Virus record (IMG/VR): IMGVR_UViG_3300028596_000009
Span: 102,824 to 166,823 of that record
Source of the DNA: a virus
Length of the DNA stretch: 64,000 nucleotides
Strand: one strand, 5' to 3'
A program made the translations under genes and the position numbers. This document shows, in pieces, positions 1-8,486 of the stretch; position 1 is the first letter of the stretch, and every line of letters begins with the position of its first letter. A model generated the notes under the pieces. That model was not told where the DNA came from and made no database searches. It saw nothing but the letters and a program-made list of their open reading frames with translations.

Positions 1-333
1 ACCGAGCGCGGCACCCGGGTCTACGGCGACATCGCCGTCAACGCGGCGGCCAACTCCAAGTTCGACCCCAAGCTCGCCCTGCGCAACCTGACCCCCGAGC
101 AGTACCGGTCGATCTGCGTCCTCAAGCCCGACGGCACCCAGGCCAAGAAGCTCCTCGGCGAGGAGAGCGCCGCCTACCAGTCCACCCTCGCCAAGGGCGA
201 CTGGCGCCTGACGGTCCGCCTCGCCACCGACGAGGATCGCGAGGCCGAGCTGATGGCCCAGAAGGCGCACGACGTCGCCACCTTCGTTCCCGGATCCACC
301 CTGAACGAGGACGGGGAGGTGCCGTTCGGATGA
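1..333 (+). CDS. Hypothetical protein, 5'-truncated (TERGTRVYG...DGEVPFG)
   Basis: Frame 1 open from the window start to TGA at 331-333, high GC3, ATGA overlap with the next gene. Confidence 0.75.
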   Translation, partial: TERGTRVYGDIAVNAAANSKFDPKLALRNLTPEQYRSICVLKPDGTQAKKLLGEESAAYQSTLAKGDWRLTVRLATDEDREAELMAQKAHDVATFVPGSTLNEDGEVPFG

Positions 334-572
334 GCCGGATACCTCCGAAGACCGGCGGCCACGCCCGGAACCACTGGAGGGCGGCTGAGAAGACCCGGGA
401 CGGCGAGGGCGAGTGGGTGCGGGTGTTCGACTGCCCCACCCTGAACGCCGCCCGGACGATGGCCCGGAACATCCGGTACGGCACGTTCGCCGCCTGGCAG
501 CCGGAAGGCGAGTTCGACGCGAAGTTCCAACTGGGTGAACTGGACTATGAGGTCCACGCCCGCAAGATCTGA
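330..572 (+). CDS. Hypothetical protein
   Basis: GGAGG RBS, ATGA coupling, codon bias. Confidence 0.75.
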   Translation: MSRIPPKTGGHARNHWRAAEKTRDGEGEWVRVFDCPTLNAARTMARNIRYGTFAAWQPEGEFDAKFQLGELDYEVHARKI

Positions 573-649
573 AGGGCCCACGCCGGGTGGAAGCAGCGCC
601 CTGTTCAGGGAAAAGCTCACCACCCGGCCTCCATGGAAAGGGGAGAGGC

Positions 650-844
650 ATGTTCGAGAAGCACCGGAAGCGCAAGGCGGAACGGGCAGTCATCGAAGCC
701 GAGACGTTCGTCGACAGCGTGACCGAGAAGTACTACAAGATCCTCGCCAGCGAGGGGATCGAGGCGGCCAATGCGTACTTTGCCGACATGGATCCCATGG
801 TGAAGGCCGTCATCGAGCGGGCCCGCCGTAAGAGTTCCGGCTGA
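650..844 (+). CDS. Hypothetical protein (MFEKHRK...)
   Basis: Purine-rich RBS before ATG 650. Confidence 0.7.
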   Translation: MFEKHRKRKAERAVIEAETFVDSVTEKYYKILASEGIEAANAYFADMDPMVKAVIERARRKSSG

Positions 845-1128
845 TGACCTCCCCGTACAAGGCGGACGACATCTGCTTCTACTGTTCGCACACCTTCGCG
901 GAACACACCCTGATCGTCCAAACCTGCGCCGCCTGTGCCGAACTCCAGGACGGAATGCCCCGGCTCCCCGGTCACGAAGAGCGGTGCATCCGATTCCGCA
1001 AGACTGACTTCTGCGGTGAATGCAGCGCTCGGATCGCCTGGGACTCCTGGCTGAATGAGTACCACCATGCCGAACCGGCGCTGGACGACGACCACATGCC
1101 GTACCGGAGGAGGAAGTCCCGTGTGTAG
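844..1128 (+). CDS. Small Cys/His-rich putative zinc-binding protein
   Basis: CFYCSH...H...CAAC...CGEC; TGATG coupling. Confidence 0.7.
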   Translation: MTSPYKADDICFYCSHTFAEHTLIVQTCAACAELQDGMPRLPGHEERCIRFRKTDFCGECSARIAWDSWLNEYHHAEPALDDDHMPYRRRKSRV

Positions 1129-1396
1129 TGCGTGCGAGCCGGACGGACTGCGGGGTCAGCGGGCGACCGACGAGGCCAGGGAGATACACGATCTGGCGTT
1201 CTTCTGGGTGAGCGAGGGGTGGTTCGAGTACGACGTCGAGTGGGATCCGCAGCTCGGAATCCACGAGATCACCGTTCAGCTCCCCGACGACCCGAACGAG
1301 CTGCTCATGACTCCGTGCCAGTTCGACACCTTCATCTTCGGAATGAAGGTCGCGCTCGACAAGCTGCGGACCGACGACGGCGGCGCCAGTGTGTGA
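1121..1396 (+). CDS. Hypothetical protein
   Basis: GGAGG RBS, GTG start, acidic ORF with codon bias. Confidence 0.65.
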   Translation: MCSACEPDGLRGQRATDEAREIHDLAFFWVSEGWFEYDVEWDPQLGIHEITVQLPDDPNELLMTPCQFDTFIFGMKVALDKLRTDDGGASV

Positions 1397-1622
1397 CTCC
1401 TGCCGCGAGTTCTACAACGGAGCCCCGGGACTGATGGGCAGTACGGAGGTCGCCGAGACCCTGAAGGTCTCCAGGTCGCGGGTCACCGAACTGGTCCGGT
1501 CCAACCGCGATTTCCCCAGGCCACTGGTGGTTCTGAGGGCGGGTCCCGTCTTCTGTGGCGTCGAGATCCACGAGTTCCTGCGCACCTGGACTCGCAAGTC
1601 TGGCCCGAAACCCAAGAAATGA
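1389..1622 (+). CDS. AlpA/excisionase-like HTH DNA-binding protein
   Basis: LMGSTEVAETLKVSRSRVTELV...DFPRP...GPVF pattern. Confidence 0.75.
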   Translation: MCDSCREFYNGAPGLMGSTEVAETLKVSRSRVTELVRSNRDFPRPLVVLRAGPVFCGVEIHEFLRTWTRKSGPKPKK

Positions 1623-2512
1623 ACGAGGAGAAAAACGACATGAATGACGGCAGGGGCAGGGCGATGAGTACCACCGAAACCGAGAAGAAGATCATCATCT
1701 CGGTCGATCCGAGCCTTTCGCCCGAGGTGCAGGAAGAGCTGCGCAAGACCATCGAAAAGGGGTTCAAGGGCGCGGGCGGCTACTTCAGCGTCGAGGGGAC
1801 CATGCTGGGAATGAGCTTCGGCATCTGCTCCGGCGGCCTTCTGTCGCTCGTCACTGAGGTGCCGTCGTCCATCGGATACACGATGGTTCTCGGCATGATC
1901 GGAGGCAACCTGGTCAGGGTCGCCATCCCCGGAGTCCGCAGGAAGATCAAGGTCGGCAACGCTGCCTGGGTCGCGTACCGCGCCAACGAGTGGCGGACCT
2001 CCGACATCGGCTGGGAGGAAGGCGAGAAGCTGATCCAGCGGGCCTCCGAGTCGATCGAGTGGATCACCGGGTCCCTGGTGCACAGGGACGGCCAGATCGA
2101 CACCGTGCACAACAACGTGGTCCTCCCGCGTCAGCTCTGGGACCTGATGGGCGACCTCACCGAACTTCAGAAGCACCGTGAGAACCGTCCGGTCGAAGGC
2201 AGCCCGCTCGCCGAGACCCACGACAAGGTCATCGGACAGATCAAGGTCAACTGCGAGCGTCGTGTCCTGGCCCTGGAGACCTACGCCCGGCAGGTCATGA
2301 GCGCCGACAAGCGGTACGCCGAGCTGGTGTCCGTCGAGATGCTGGAGTCGAAGTCTTCCAGCCTCATGGACCTGCTGGCCCGGACCTCCATCGTCGACCG
2401 TGACGTGTCGGAGCTGAACGGCCTGACCGCCGAGGCCACGCACCTCGTCGAGTCGTACCGCACCGCGCTGGCCGCCGCCCGTGAGGCCGGTCTCGCGCTG
2501 ACTTCGGCCTGA
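1619..2512 (+). CDS. Membrane protein with coiled-coil C-terminus
   Basis: Two hydrophobic segments followed by a helical region. Confidence 0.7.
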   Translation: MNEEKNDMNDGRGRAMSTTETEKKIIISVDPSLSPEVQEELRKTIEKGFKGAGGYFSVEGTMLGMSFGICSGGLLSLVTEVPSSIGYTMVLGMIGGNLVRVAIPGVRRKIKVGNAAWVAYRANEWRTSDIGWEEGEKLIQRASESIEWITGSLVHRDGQIDTVHNNVVLPRQLWDLMGDLTELQKHRENRPVEGSPLAETHDKVIGQIKVNCERRVLALETYARQVMSADKRYAELVSVEMLESKSSSLMDLLARTSIVDRDVSELNGLTAEATHLVESYRTALAAAREAGLALTSA

Positions 2513-2570
2513 AGCACCCTTCGCCGGACGGTGAACCAGTAGCCGTCCGGCCCCTCGGAAAGGAGAACTG

Positions 2571-2786
2571 ATGGGATTCGCCAACCGGTTCATCAGCACC
2601 CACACCAGGTGCCTGGCCGTCGACCGCGACGAGGAGGGCCGCATGCTGATGTGTGGCCGGTCCTACGGACACGACGACCCGAAGGCGAAGAAGACGCCGA
2701 CCGACCACTACGACCCGAGCGCCGAGGTGACCTGGGTGTCGGAGCGGGCGGAGCGGGCCCGGCGCAAGAAGGAGAAGAGCGCGTGA
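2571..2786 (+). CDS. Hypothetical protein
   Basis: Strong GGAAAGGAG RBS. Confidence 0.75.
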   Translation: MGFANRFISTHTRCLAVDRDEEGRMLMCGRSYGHDDPKAKKTPTDHYDPSAEVTWVSERAERARRKKEKSA

Positions 2787-3160
2787 AGTACTACTTGCGC
2801 CAGCTGCACGAGATGAACGGAACGCTGCACACCTACAGCGGAGAGCCCGGCTCGGTCACTGGCGACCCGCACGATCTGTTCCCGAAGCAGGTGCGGAAGA
2901 TGTGGCGTAAGTGGGACGCGCGGGACGTGGAGCTGGGATTCAAGCCGACCCCGCACACCAAGACGGGCCTCGCCTACGGCATCTGGGCTCTTCCGGACAG
3001 CACCTGGTCCGTGGCCGAGGCGGCTGCCTGGGCCGAGAAGAACCCGGGCTTGATGGAGCTGTACGTCATTCTGTACAGCAGTTGGAAGCCGACCAGGCTC
3101 GCCGTGCACCCGGACAACCCGGTCGTGTTCGACAAGCCGCTCATCCCGTTCGAGGAGTAG
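2783..3160 (+). CDS. Hypothetical protein
   Basis: GTGA coupling, codon bias. Confidence 0.7.
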   Translation: MKYYLRQLHEMNGTLHTYSGEPGSVTGDPHDLFPKQVRKMWRKWDARDVELGFKPTPHTKTGLAYGIWALPDSTWSVAEAAAWAEKNPGLMELYVILYSSWKPTRLAVHPDNPVVFDKPLIPFEE

Positions 3161-3162
3161 AC

Positions 3163-3411
3163 ATGGGTCACCAGTGGCAGGACGTCGGCCGGGGCATATT
3201 GTTCCGCACCCGCAACGTCAACATCACCGAGCCGTACCGGGAAGCGCTCGGCGTCAAGGAAAAGCTGAACGGCATGGCTGCGTACTGCGACGGGGACGGG
3301 TGCGAGATCGCCCCCTGCGGTACGTACATGATCCACAAGACCGGCTGCGCCGCCATGTACAACCCGCGCACCGACGGCGGGACCGGCATGCAGGACGAGG
3401 AGTGCGGATGA
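3163..3411 (+). CDS. Hypothetical Cys-containing protein
   Basis: GAGGAG RBS. Confidence 0.7.
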   Translation: MGHQWQDVGRGILFRTRNVNITEPYREALGVKEKLNGMAAYCDGDGCEIAPCGTYMIHKTGCAAMYNPRTDGGTGMQDEECG

Positions 3412-3641
3412 GCAAGGTCTGCGCCTTCCTGCACTTCAGGTCCAGCAAGATCGTCGCCAACGTGACGCTCTACCAGGTGCCGCGTATCGGTGAGCGGATG
3501 AGTTACTTCGAGTACCCCGGCGAGAAAGATGCGGTCAGGGGAACTGTCACTGACGTCGAGTGGATCAGCAGCCCGCTTGGGGCCCTGAGCCAGACCGTCC
3601 GCGTCTACATCAGCGACACTATCGAGGAGGTACCGGCGTGA
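3408..3641 (+). CDS. Hypothetical protein, paralog 1 of a tandem triplet
   Basis: VPRIGE...VTDVEW motif. Confidence 0.7.
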   Translation: MSKVCAFLHFRSSKIVANVTLYQVPRIGERMSYFEYPGEKDAVRGTVTDVEWISSPLGALSQTVRVYISDTIEEVPA

Positions 3642-3937
3642 TCCGGGCCATGGTCGACATTCACTATGTGGAGTCGCTCAAGCCGTCCTCGGTGATCCTC
3701 TGCTTCGAAGCCCTGCCCCGGGTCGGCGAATGCCTGGAGGTGGACCTGGAGACGCTCGGCATCACCGACTTCGCCGAGATCGACAAGCTGGGTATCGGGT
3801 GGAGTCTGAACGGCAGGCGCGGCCTGTCCCTGACGGTCCGGAGCATCTACTGGCAGCCGGACAATTCGGGCGAGAACGGGCCGGTGATGCTTCCCGTCCT
3901 CAACGTCGAGTCCTGGCAGTCGAAGGAGCGCACGTGA
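3638..3937 (+). CDS. Hypothetical protein, paralog 2
   Basis: LPRVGE...VRSIYW motif. Confidence 0.7.
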   Translation: MIRAMVDIHYVESLKPSSVILCFEALPRVGECLEVDLETLGITDFAEIDKLGIGWSLNGRRGLSLTVRSIYWQPDNSGENGPVMLPVLNVESWQSKERT

Positions 3938-4191
3938 TCACCGCCGAGCTGAAGCTTCACCGCCGGTTCATCAAGGGTGTCGAGCTGAACTTCCCCGGCG
4001 TGCCGGAGGTCGGTCAGTTCGTCACCCTCCACGACGGCCTGGTCAACGAGAAGACCCGGGACCTCGTCATGAACGGCGCCCCCATCGACTCCCAGACCAT
4101 CTTCCAGATCACCCGCGTCGAGTGGACCGCCGAACGGCTTCACGCCCCGGCCCGCATGGTCGTACACATGGACCACAAGGGCGGCGTGTAG
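3934..4191 (+). CDS. Hypothetical protein, paralog 3
   Basis: VPEVGQ...ITRVEW motif. Confidence 0.7.
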   Translation: MITAELKLHRRFIKGVELNFPGVPEVGQFVTLHDGLVNEKTRDLVMNGAPIDSQTIFQITRVEWTAERLHAPARMVVHMDHKGGV

Positions 4192-4442
4192 TGGAGCTGT
4201 GGAGCTGGACCCTGATGGGCATCGGCATCACCGGCCTCTACCTGGCCGGACGCAAGAGCGCCTGGGGGTGGGCCATCGGATTCGGCGTCCAGCCCCTGTG
4301 GGTCGCCTACGCGATGGCCACCGAGCAGTACGGCTTCATTGTCGGAGCCATCGCCTACGGTGCGGTCAACGCCCGCAACTTCCTCCGCTGGAAGAGGGAG
4401 GAGAAGCAGGAGAAGAGCAGGGCGGTCGAGAAGGCCGCCTGA
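4191..4442 (+). CDS. Small 3-TM membrane protein, PnuC-like half-transporter
   Basis: GLYLAGRKSAWGWAIG...LWVAYAMATEQYGF...NFLRWK pattern. Confidence 0.6.
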   Translation: MELWSWTLMGIGITGLYLAGRKSAWGWAIGFGVQPLWVAYAMATEQYGFIVGAIAYGAVNARNFLRWKREEKQEKSRAVEKAA

Positions 4443-4462
4443 ACCACTGGAAAGGAGAAGAC

Positions 4463-4678
4463 GTGAAGCATGGACAGGAGAGGCGCAAGCAGCCTCTCAC
4501 CCTGCCTCACCAGGAGGACTTGTCCTCCGACTCCGAAAGGTCCGCTGCGCAGTCCTTCAAGGACAGGATCACGGAGTACAACGCCATCCTCGCCACCGGC
4601 GACACCGAGGCCGCCGAGGTCTACGCCTGGGAGACCCGGTGGGTGTCCCGTAACGAGTATCGCGGGGCGAGGGGATGA
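4463..4678 (+). CDS. Hypothetical protein
   Basis: GGAAAGGAG RBS, GTG start. Confidence 0.65.
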   Translation: MKHGQERRKQPLTLPHQEDLSSDSERSAAQSFKDRITEYNAILATGDTEAAEVYAWETRWVSRNEYRGARG

Positions 4679-5187
4679 CCATCATGCGAGACGAGATCGA
4701 GCACATAGCCGAAGTCGATCAGTGTGTCGGCTCCTGCTTCACCTGCTGCCCGGGTACTGAGAGGTTCTGGTACCAGTACATCGACGAGGCGCTCGGCTGC
4801 ATCGACGAGCAGGAATCGGTCGCCGAGATCCGCAACAAGGCTGTCGACGACGGTGCGCCGTTCACCATAATCGGCATGCTCGACGGCCTGCTGCGAACCC
4901 TCCGGGTCTGTGACTGCCGCACCGAGATCTGCTGGTGCGACGTCAGCCCCCAGGACCCGTGGTCGAAGGTCCATCTGTACAGCCAGGCGGACATCGACTT
5001 CACCAACGCCTACCTGAAGACGATGGCCGAGCACATGGCCGCCCAGCTCGACGTCGCCATGCCGGACTACGAGGTGTCCTTCACCGAACGCCCCGGCACC
5101 GGCAACATCTGCTGGTGCGGCCAGACCGTCAGCGCCGCCGACATCGAAGCCCTCGACGCCCACTCCTACTGTTCGCCGGAGCAGTGA
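4675..5187 (+). CDS. Cys-rich hypothetical protein
   Basis: ATGA coupling, codon bias. Confidence 0.7.
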   Translation: MTIMRDEIEHIAEVDQCVGSCFTCCPGTERFWYQYIDEALGCIDEQESVAEIRNKAVDDGAPFTIIGMLDGLLRTLRVCDCRTEICWCDVSPQDPWSKVHLYSQADIDFTNAYLKTMAEHMAAQLDVAMPDYEVSFTERPGTGNICWCGQTVSAADIEALDAHSYCSPEQ

Positions 5188-5336
5188 TGACCAAGAACCC
5201 CCAGGAACTGTGCGACCGGTGCAGCCACCCGGTCGGCATGCACACCGGAGTCGCGGGCCCGTTCACCCGGGCCTGCCTGAAGGAGATCGGACGCGGCATC
5301 TGCTGCGCCTGCAAGGGTCCCCGCAGCAAGTCCTGA
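5187..5336 (+). CDS. Small putative zinc-finger protein
   Basis: CDRCSH...H...C...CCAC. Confidence 0.6.
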   Translation: MTKNPQELCDRCSHPVGMHTGVAGPFTRACLKEIGRGICCACKGPRSKS

Positions 5337-5361
5337 CGAGACCCTGACCCCGAGAACCATC

Positions 5362-5390
5362 GGACCGCCCGGCACACAGTCGGGCGGTCC
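5362..5390. terminator. GC-rich stem-loop
   Basis: GGACCGCCCG-9nt-CGGGCGGTCC perfect 10-bp inverted repeat. Confidence 0.5.
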
Positions 5391-5414
5391 ACCCATAAGG
5401 AAACGGAGAAGGAC

Positions 5415-6140
5415 ATGAAGAAGAGCACGGCGAAGAAGTCCACGGTCGTCATATCCATGCTGGGCGCCCTGCTGATGACGGCGGCCCCGGCCCAGGCTCT
5501 GACGCCCGGACAGGTGAGCAGCGGTACCGGCTGGACGCTCGGCTACTCCGACCAGGTCACCTCGATCGCCCCGGTGACCTACACGATCACCTTCGACTCG
5601 GTCGCCGCCCGCACCCGCCTCAAGCCGTACATGCAGGCCATCGCCACCCACACGCAGACCCTGACGCCGGGCACGACGTTCGTCGTCTCGGACACCATCG
5701 CCCCGCAGACGTACCCCGGCTGCCAGACCACGCGGACCATCTCGCTGTCCCTGTCGTACCGGCCGACCGGCCAGGCGGGCATGGCGTGGGGCGGCGCCTG
5801 CTACATGCTCAGCGACCACAGCCTGCACTCCGGCCTCATGCGCATCAACACCGAGTGGTGGTACCCGAACTGGTTCTCGTCCAACGCCACCACGAACGAG
5901 CAGTGGATCAAGAACGCGGTCATCCACGAGTTCGGCCACGCCATCGGCCTCGGCCACCCGAACAAGGATCTCGACAAGGACGGTGTCGTCGAGGCCCACG
6001 AGTGCGTGAAGAACACCGACGGCTGGCTCCCCGTCCTGTGCTCCCCGAACGGCGGCAGCCGCAACGCGAACGCGGGCAAGTGGACGTTCCTGGAGCAGGC
6101 GGGCGTGAAGATGCTGACCACCAACTACCAGTACCGCTGA
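5415..6140 (+). CDS. Secreted zinc metalloprotease (metzincin/matrixin-like)
   Basis: Sec signal peptide (KK...hydrophobic...AQA); HEFGHAIGLGH = HExxHxxGxxH. Confidence 0.85.
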   Translation: MKKSTAKKSTVVISMLGALLMTAAPAQALTPGQVSSGTGWTLGYSDQVTSIAPVTYTITFDSVAARTRLKPYMQAIATHTQTLTPGTTFVVSDTIAPQTYPGCQTTRTISLSLSYRPTGQAGMAWGGACYMLSDHSLHSGLMRINTEWWYPNWFSSNATTNEQWIKNAVIHEFGHAIGLGHPNKDLDKDGVVEAHECVKNTDGWLPVLCSPNGGSRNANAGKWTFLEQAGVKMLTTNYQYR

Positions 6141-6209
6141 CCGCATCGGCCTCACGGACGCTCCGTGAGGTACGGTCGGATCCAGATCTGCACCCCCAGA
6201 TCTCCTCGT

Positions 6210-6244
6210 CGAACGGCCCGGCCCCCGACCTGCCGGGCCGTTCG
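6210..6244. terminator. Stem-loop, probable terminator
   Basis: CGAACGGCCCGGC / GCCGGGCCGTTCG 13-bp inverted repeat. Confidence 0.55.
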
Positions 6245-6268
6245 CATGTCCAGGGATAGGAGCCGAGG

Positions 6269-7000
6269 ATGTCCGTCGTCGTTCTTGTGCCGTGGTCCGG
6301 CCGGTGTCCGCATCGTGAGGCTGCCTGGGAGTGGGTGGCCCGGTGGTACACGGAATCCCACCCTGCCTGGAAGGTGGTCCGTGGCGAGATCTCCGGTCCG
6401 TGGAGCAAGGCGACCGCCGTGGCCGAGGCGCTGAAGCAGACCGATGCCGACATCCTGGTCATCGCTGACGGGGACTGCGTGGCGCCGGACGTCGGCAAGG
6501 CCGTGTTCCATGTGGAGACGGGAACGAAGCGCTGGGCGATCCCGCATCTTCGGGTCCACAGGCTGTCCCAGGAGGCCACGGACAGGGTTCTGGCGGGTGA
6601 ACTCCCGCAGGACGTGGTGCAGACCCTGGACGACTACGACCAGCCTCCCTACCGGGGCATGGCGGGCGGCGGCATCACGGTGCTGCGGCGCGAGACCTAC
6701 CTCGAAGCCCCCATGGACCACCGGTTCGTCGGCTGGGGGCAGGAGGACCAGGCGTGGGCAATCGCCCTGAAGTGCCTCTTCGGCAACCCCTGGAGGTCCC
6801 AGGAGGGCCCACTGTGGCACATGTGGCATCCGCCGCAGGAGCGCATGTCCCGGGAGAAGGGATCGCTTCCTTCGTGGGATCTCTACAGCTCGTACCGCCG
6901 GGTCGCGGCGAACCGGACGAAGATGGCCGAGCTGCTCGATGAGCCCCGCAGGGTGGCCGGACAGGGCCCCGTGAACCCCGCCCGGCCAGTCACACCCTAG
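6269..7000 (+). CDS. GT-A fold glycosyltransferase (GT2/GT7-like)
   Basis: VVVLVPW N-terminus, ADGD (DxD) motif, FVGWGQED motif, HMWH. Confidence 0.85.
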   Translation: MSVVVLVPWSGRCPHREAAWEWVARWYTESHPAWKVVRGEISGPWSKATAVAEALKQTDADILVIADGDCVAPDVGKAVFHVETGTKRWAIPHLRVHRLSQEATDRVLAGELPQDVVQTLDDYDQPPYRGMAGGGITVLRRETYLEAPMDHRFVGWGQEDQAWAIALKCLFGNPWRSQEGPLWHMWHPPQERMSREKGSLPSWDLYSSYRRVAANRTKMAELLDEPRRVAGQGPVNPARPVTP

Positions 7001-7560
7001 GACCCGGCAGGGAAGGGCACGACCACCTGGTAGCTGAAGTTACGTGCCGCGTTGTCGGCGTCCTGGACCAGCATGTCGAAGATGCCGCCCTCGCCGTACT
7101 CGTAGAAGGACTGGGTGACGCCGTCGCCCGGGTTGGTGCCGTTGGGGGAGCCGTCGCCGAAGGTGATGTTCACCGGCCCGTTGCCCTTGTTGTCGACGGT
7201 GATGAACGCCCGGCGGGATCCCGGCACATCGGTGGTGACCTCGACCTCCATGGGCGAGGTCGGGTCGACGGCCAGATCCGCCGCCTCGACAGTGATGTGG
7301 GTGTCGGTGAACTTCACCTTGGACACCTTGCCGTAGAAGACCTCGCGGCCCGAGCGGTCCATGAGGGAGAGGAACTCCCGGCCGGGCCAGGAGCGGGAGA
7401 CCAGGACGTAGGACTCGGCGTCCTCGCCCAGGGTGCGGCGGCACCACGAGACGCAGGCCGTCCAGGTGTTGTCGCCGAGGCCGACGGCGAGCGACGAGGG
7501 CTTCGCCTCGATCTTGGCAGGTATGCCACCTTCTGCGGTGATGTGCACCGTGTACGGCAT
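6997..7560 (-). CDS. Putative virion protein with C-terminal PKD/Ig-like domain
   Basis: GAAGGAG RBS before ATG 7560; NITFGDGS...YEYGEGGIFDMLVQD PKD-like pattern. Confidence 0.6.
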   Translation of the reverse strand: MPYTVHITAEGGIPAKIEAKPSSLAVGLGDNTWTACVSWCRRTLGEDAESYVLVSRSWPGREFLSLMDRSGREVFYGKVSKVKFTDTHITVEAADLAVDPTSPMEVEVTTDVPGSRRAFITVDNKGNGPVNITFGDGSPNGTNPGDGVTQSFYEYGEGGIFDMLVQDADNAARNFSYQVVVPFPAGS

Positions 7561-7661
7561 ACGGAACTCCTTCGTTTGACTGTGTGTCACCTTCCAGGGT
7601 GCCTCACAGGATCCGATAAGCAACGGGCTCGTTTGTGCGGTTCTGACGAAGCGTCGGGCGG

Positions 7662-8435
7662 TTGCCACGAAGGTCCAGACTGTCGGACGAAACGGTTATC
7701 CGGGTGCTGTCAGTGCTCGCATGTACGGTTCCTGACGTGACCGACGACGACACTCAGGTCCGGGCGCGCGCGTTCATCCGGGACCTCATTCGCTTGACGA
7801 TGACCAACCCTTCCGACAGGGACAAGCAACGCCTTCCTGGGCCCAGTGATCTCGCGGATCCCTGTGACGTTTGCCTGGCGCGAAAGATAGCCCTGGCGTG
7901 TGGTATATCCACGCCCGAAGACCACAAGCGGAACTTCTCCCTCAAGGCATGGACGGGTACCGCGACCCACCAGAAGATCGAACATGATCTTCCTCGTGTG
8001 TACCCCCACGCCGAGCAGGAGATCACGGTCGAGATCGAGGACGTCGAGGGCCTCGGCATGGTCAAGGGACACGTCGACCTCTACGTCCCCCAGCACCGCA
8101 CCATGTGCGACTGGAAGACCACTGACCTGCGGAAACTGAAGACGTATCAGATGAACGGCGTCCCAGCTTCCCACTTCGGGCAGACGATGCTCTACATGCT
8201 CGGGCTGCGCCGTTCCGGCCGCGAAGTCGACACCGCGACCCTGTGCTACATCCCCCGCGACTCGAACAAGGAGTCAGATATATGGGTCGCTTCATGCTCC
8301 TTCCGAGAGGACGTTGCGGTAGGGTTGCTGGAACGAGCCAGGCGGCTTACGGCCACGGTTCGCGCAGGGGAGTTGGGCACTCTTGTGCCTGAAGAAGGGT
8401 GCTTCCCCTGCACGGTGCAGCCGAATCTGCGGTAA
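7662..8435 (+). CDS. Cas4-like PD-(D/E)XK exonuclease (true start may be downstream)
   Basis: GPSDL.DPC, GTATH, GHVDL, DWKT, Q..LY, C-terminal CFPC. Confidence 0.85.
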   Translation: MPRRSRLSDETVIRVLSVLACTVPDVTDDDTQVRARAFIRDLIRLTMTNPSDRDKQRLPGPSDLADPCDVCLARKIALACGISTPEDHKRNFSLKAWTGTATHQKIEHDLPRVYPHAEQEITVEIEDVEGLGMVKGHVDLYVPQHRTMCDWKTTDLRKLKTYQMNGVPASHFGQTMLYMLGLRRSGREVDTATLCYIPRDSNKESDIWVASCSFREDVAVGLLERARRLTATVRAGELGTLVPEEGCFPCTVQPNLR

Positions 8436-8486
8436 CAAAAAGCGCTAGAAAACCACTGGGAATTCTGCATCTTCTGAGGAGAACGC

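Noticed and set aside
7662-8435. Cas4-like gene as evidence of a CRISPR system
   Set aside because: No repeat-spacer array or other cas genes; it sits beside a RecT-like gene as a normal phage recombination exonuclease
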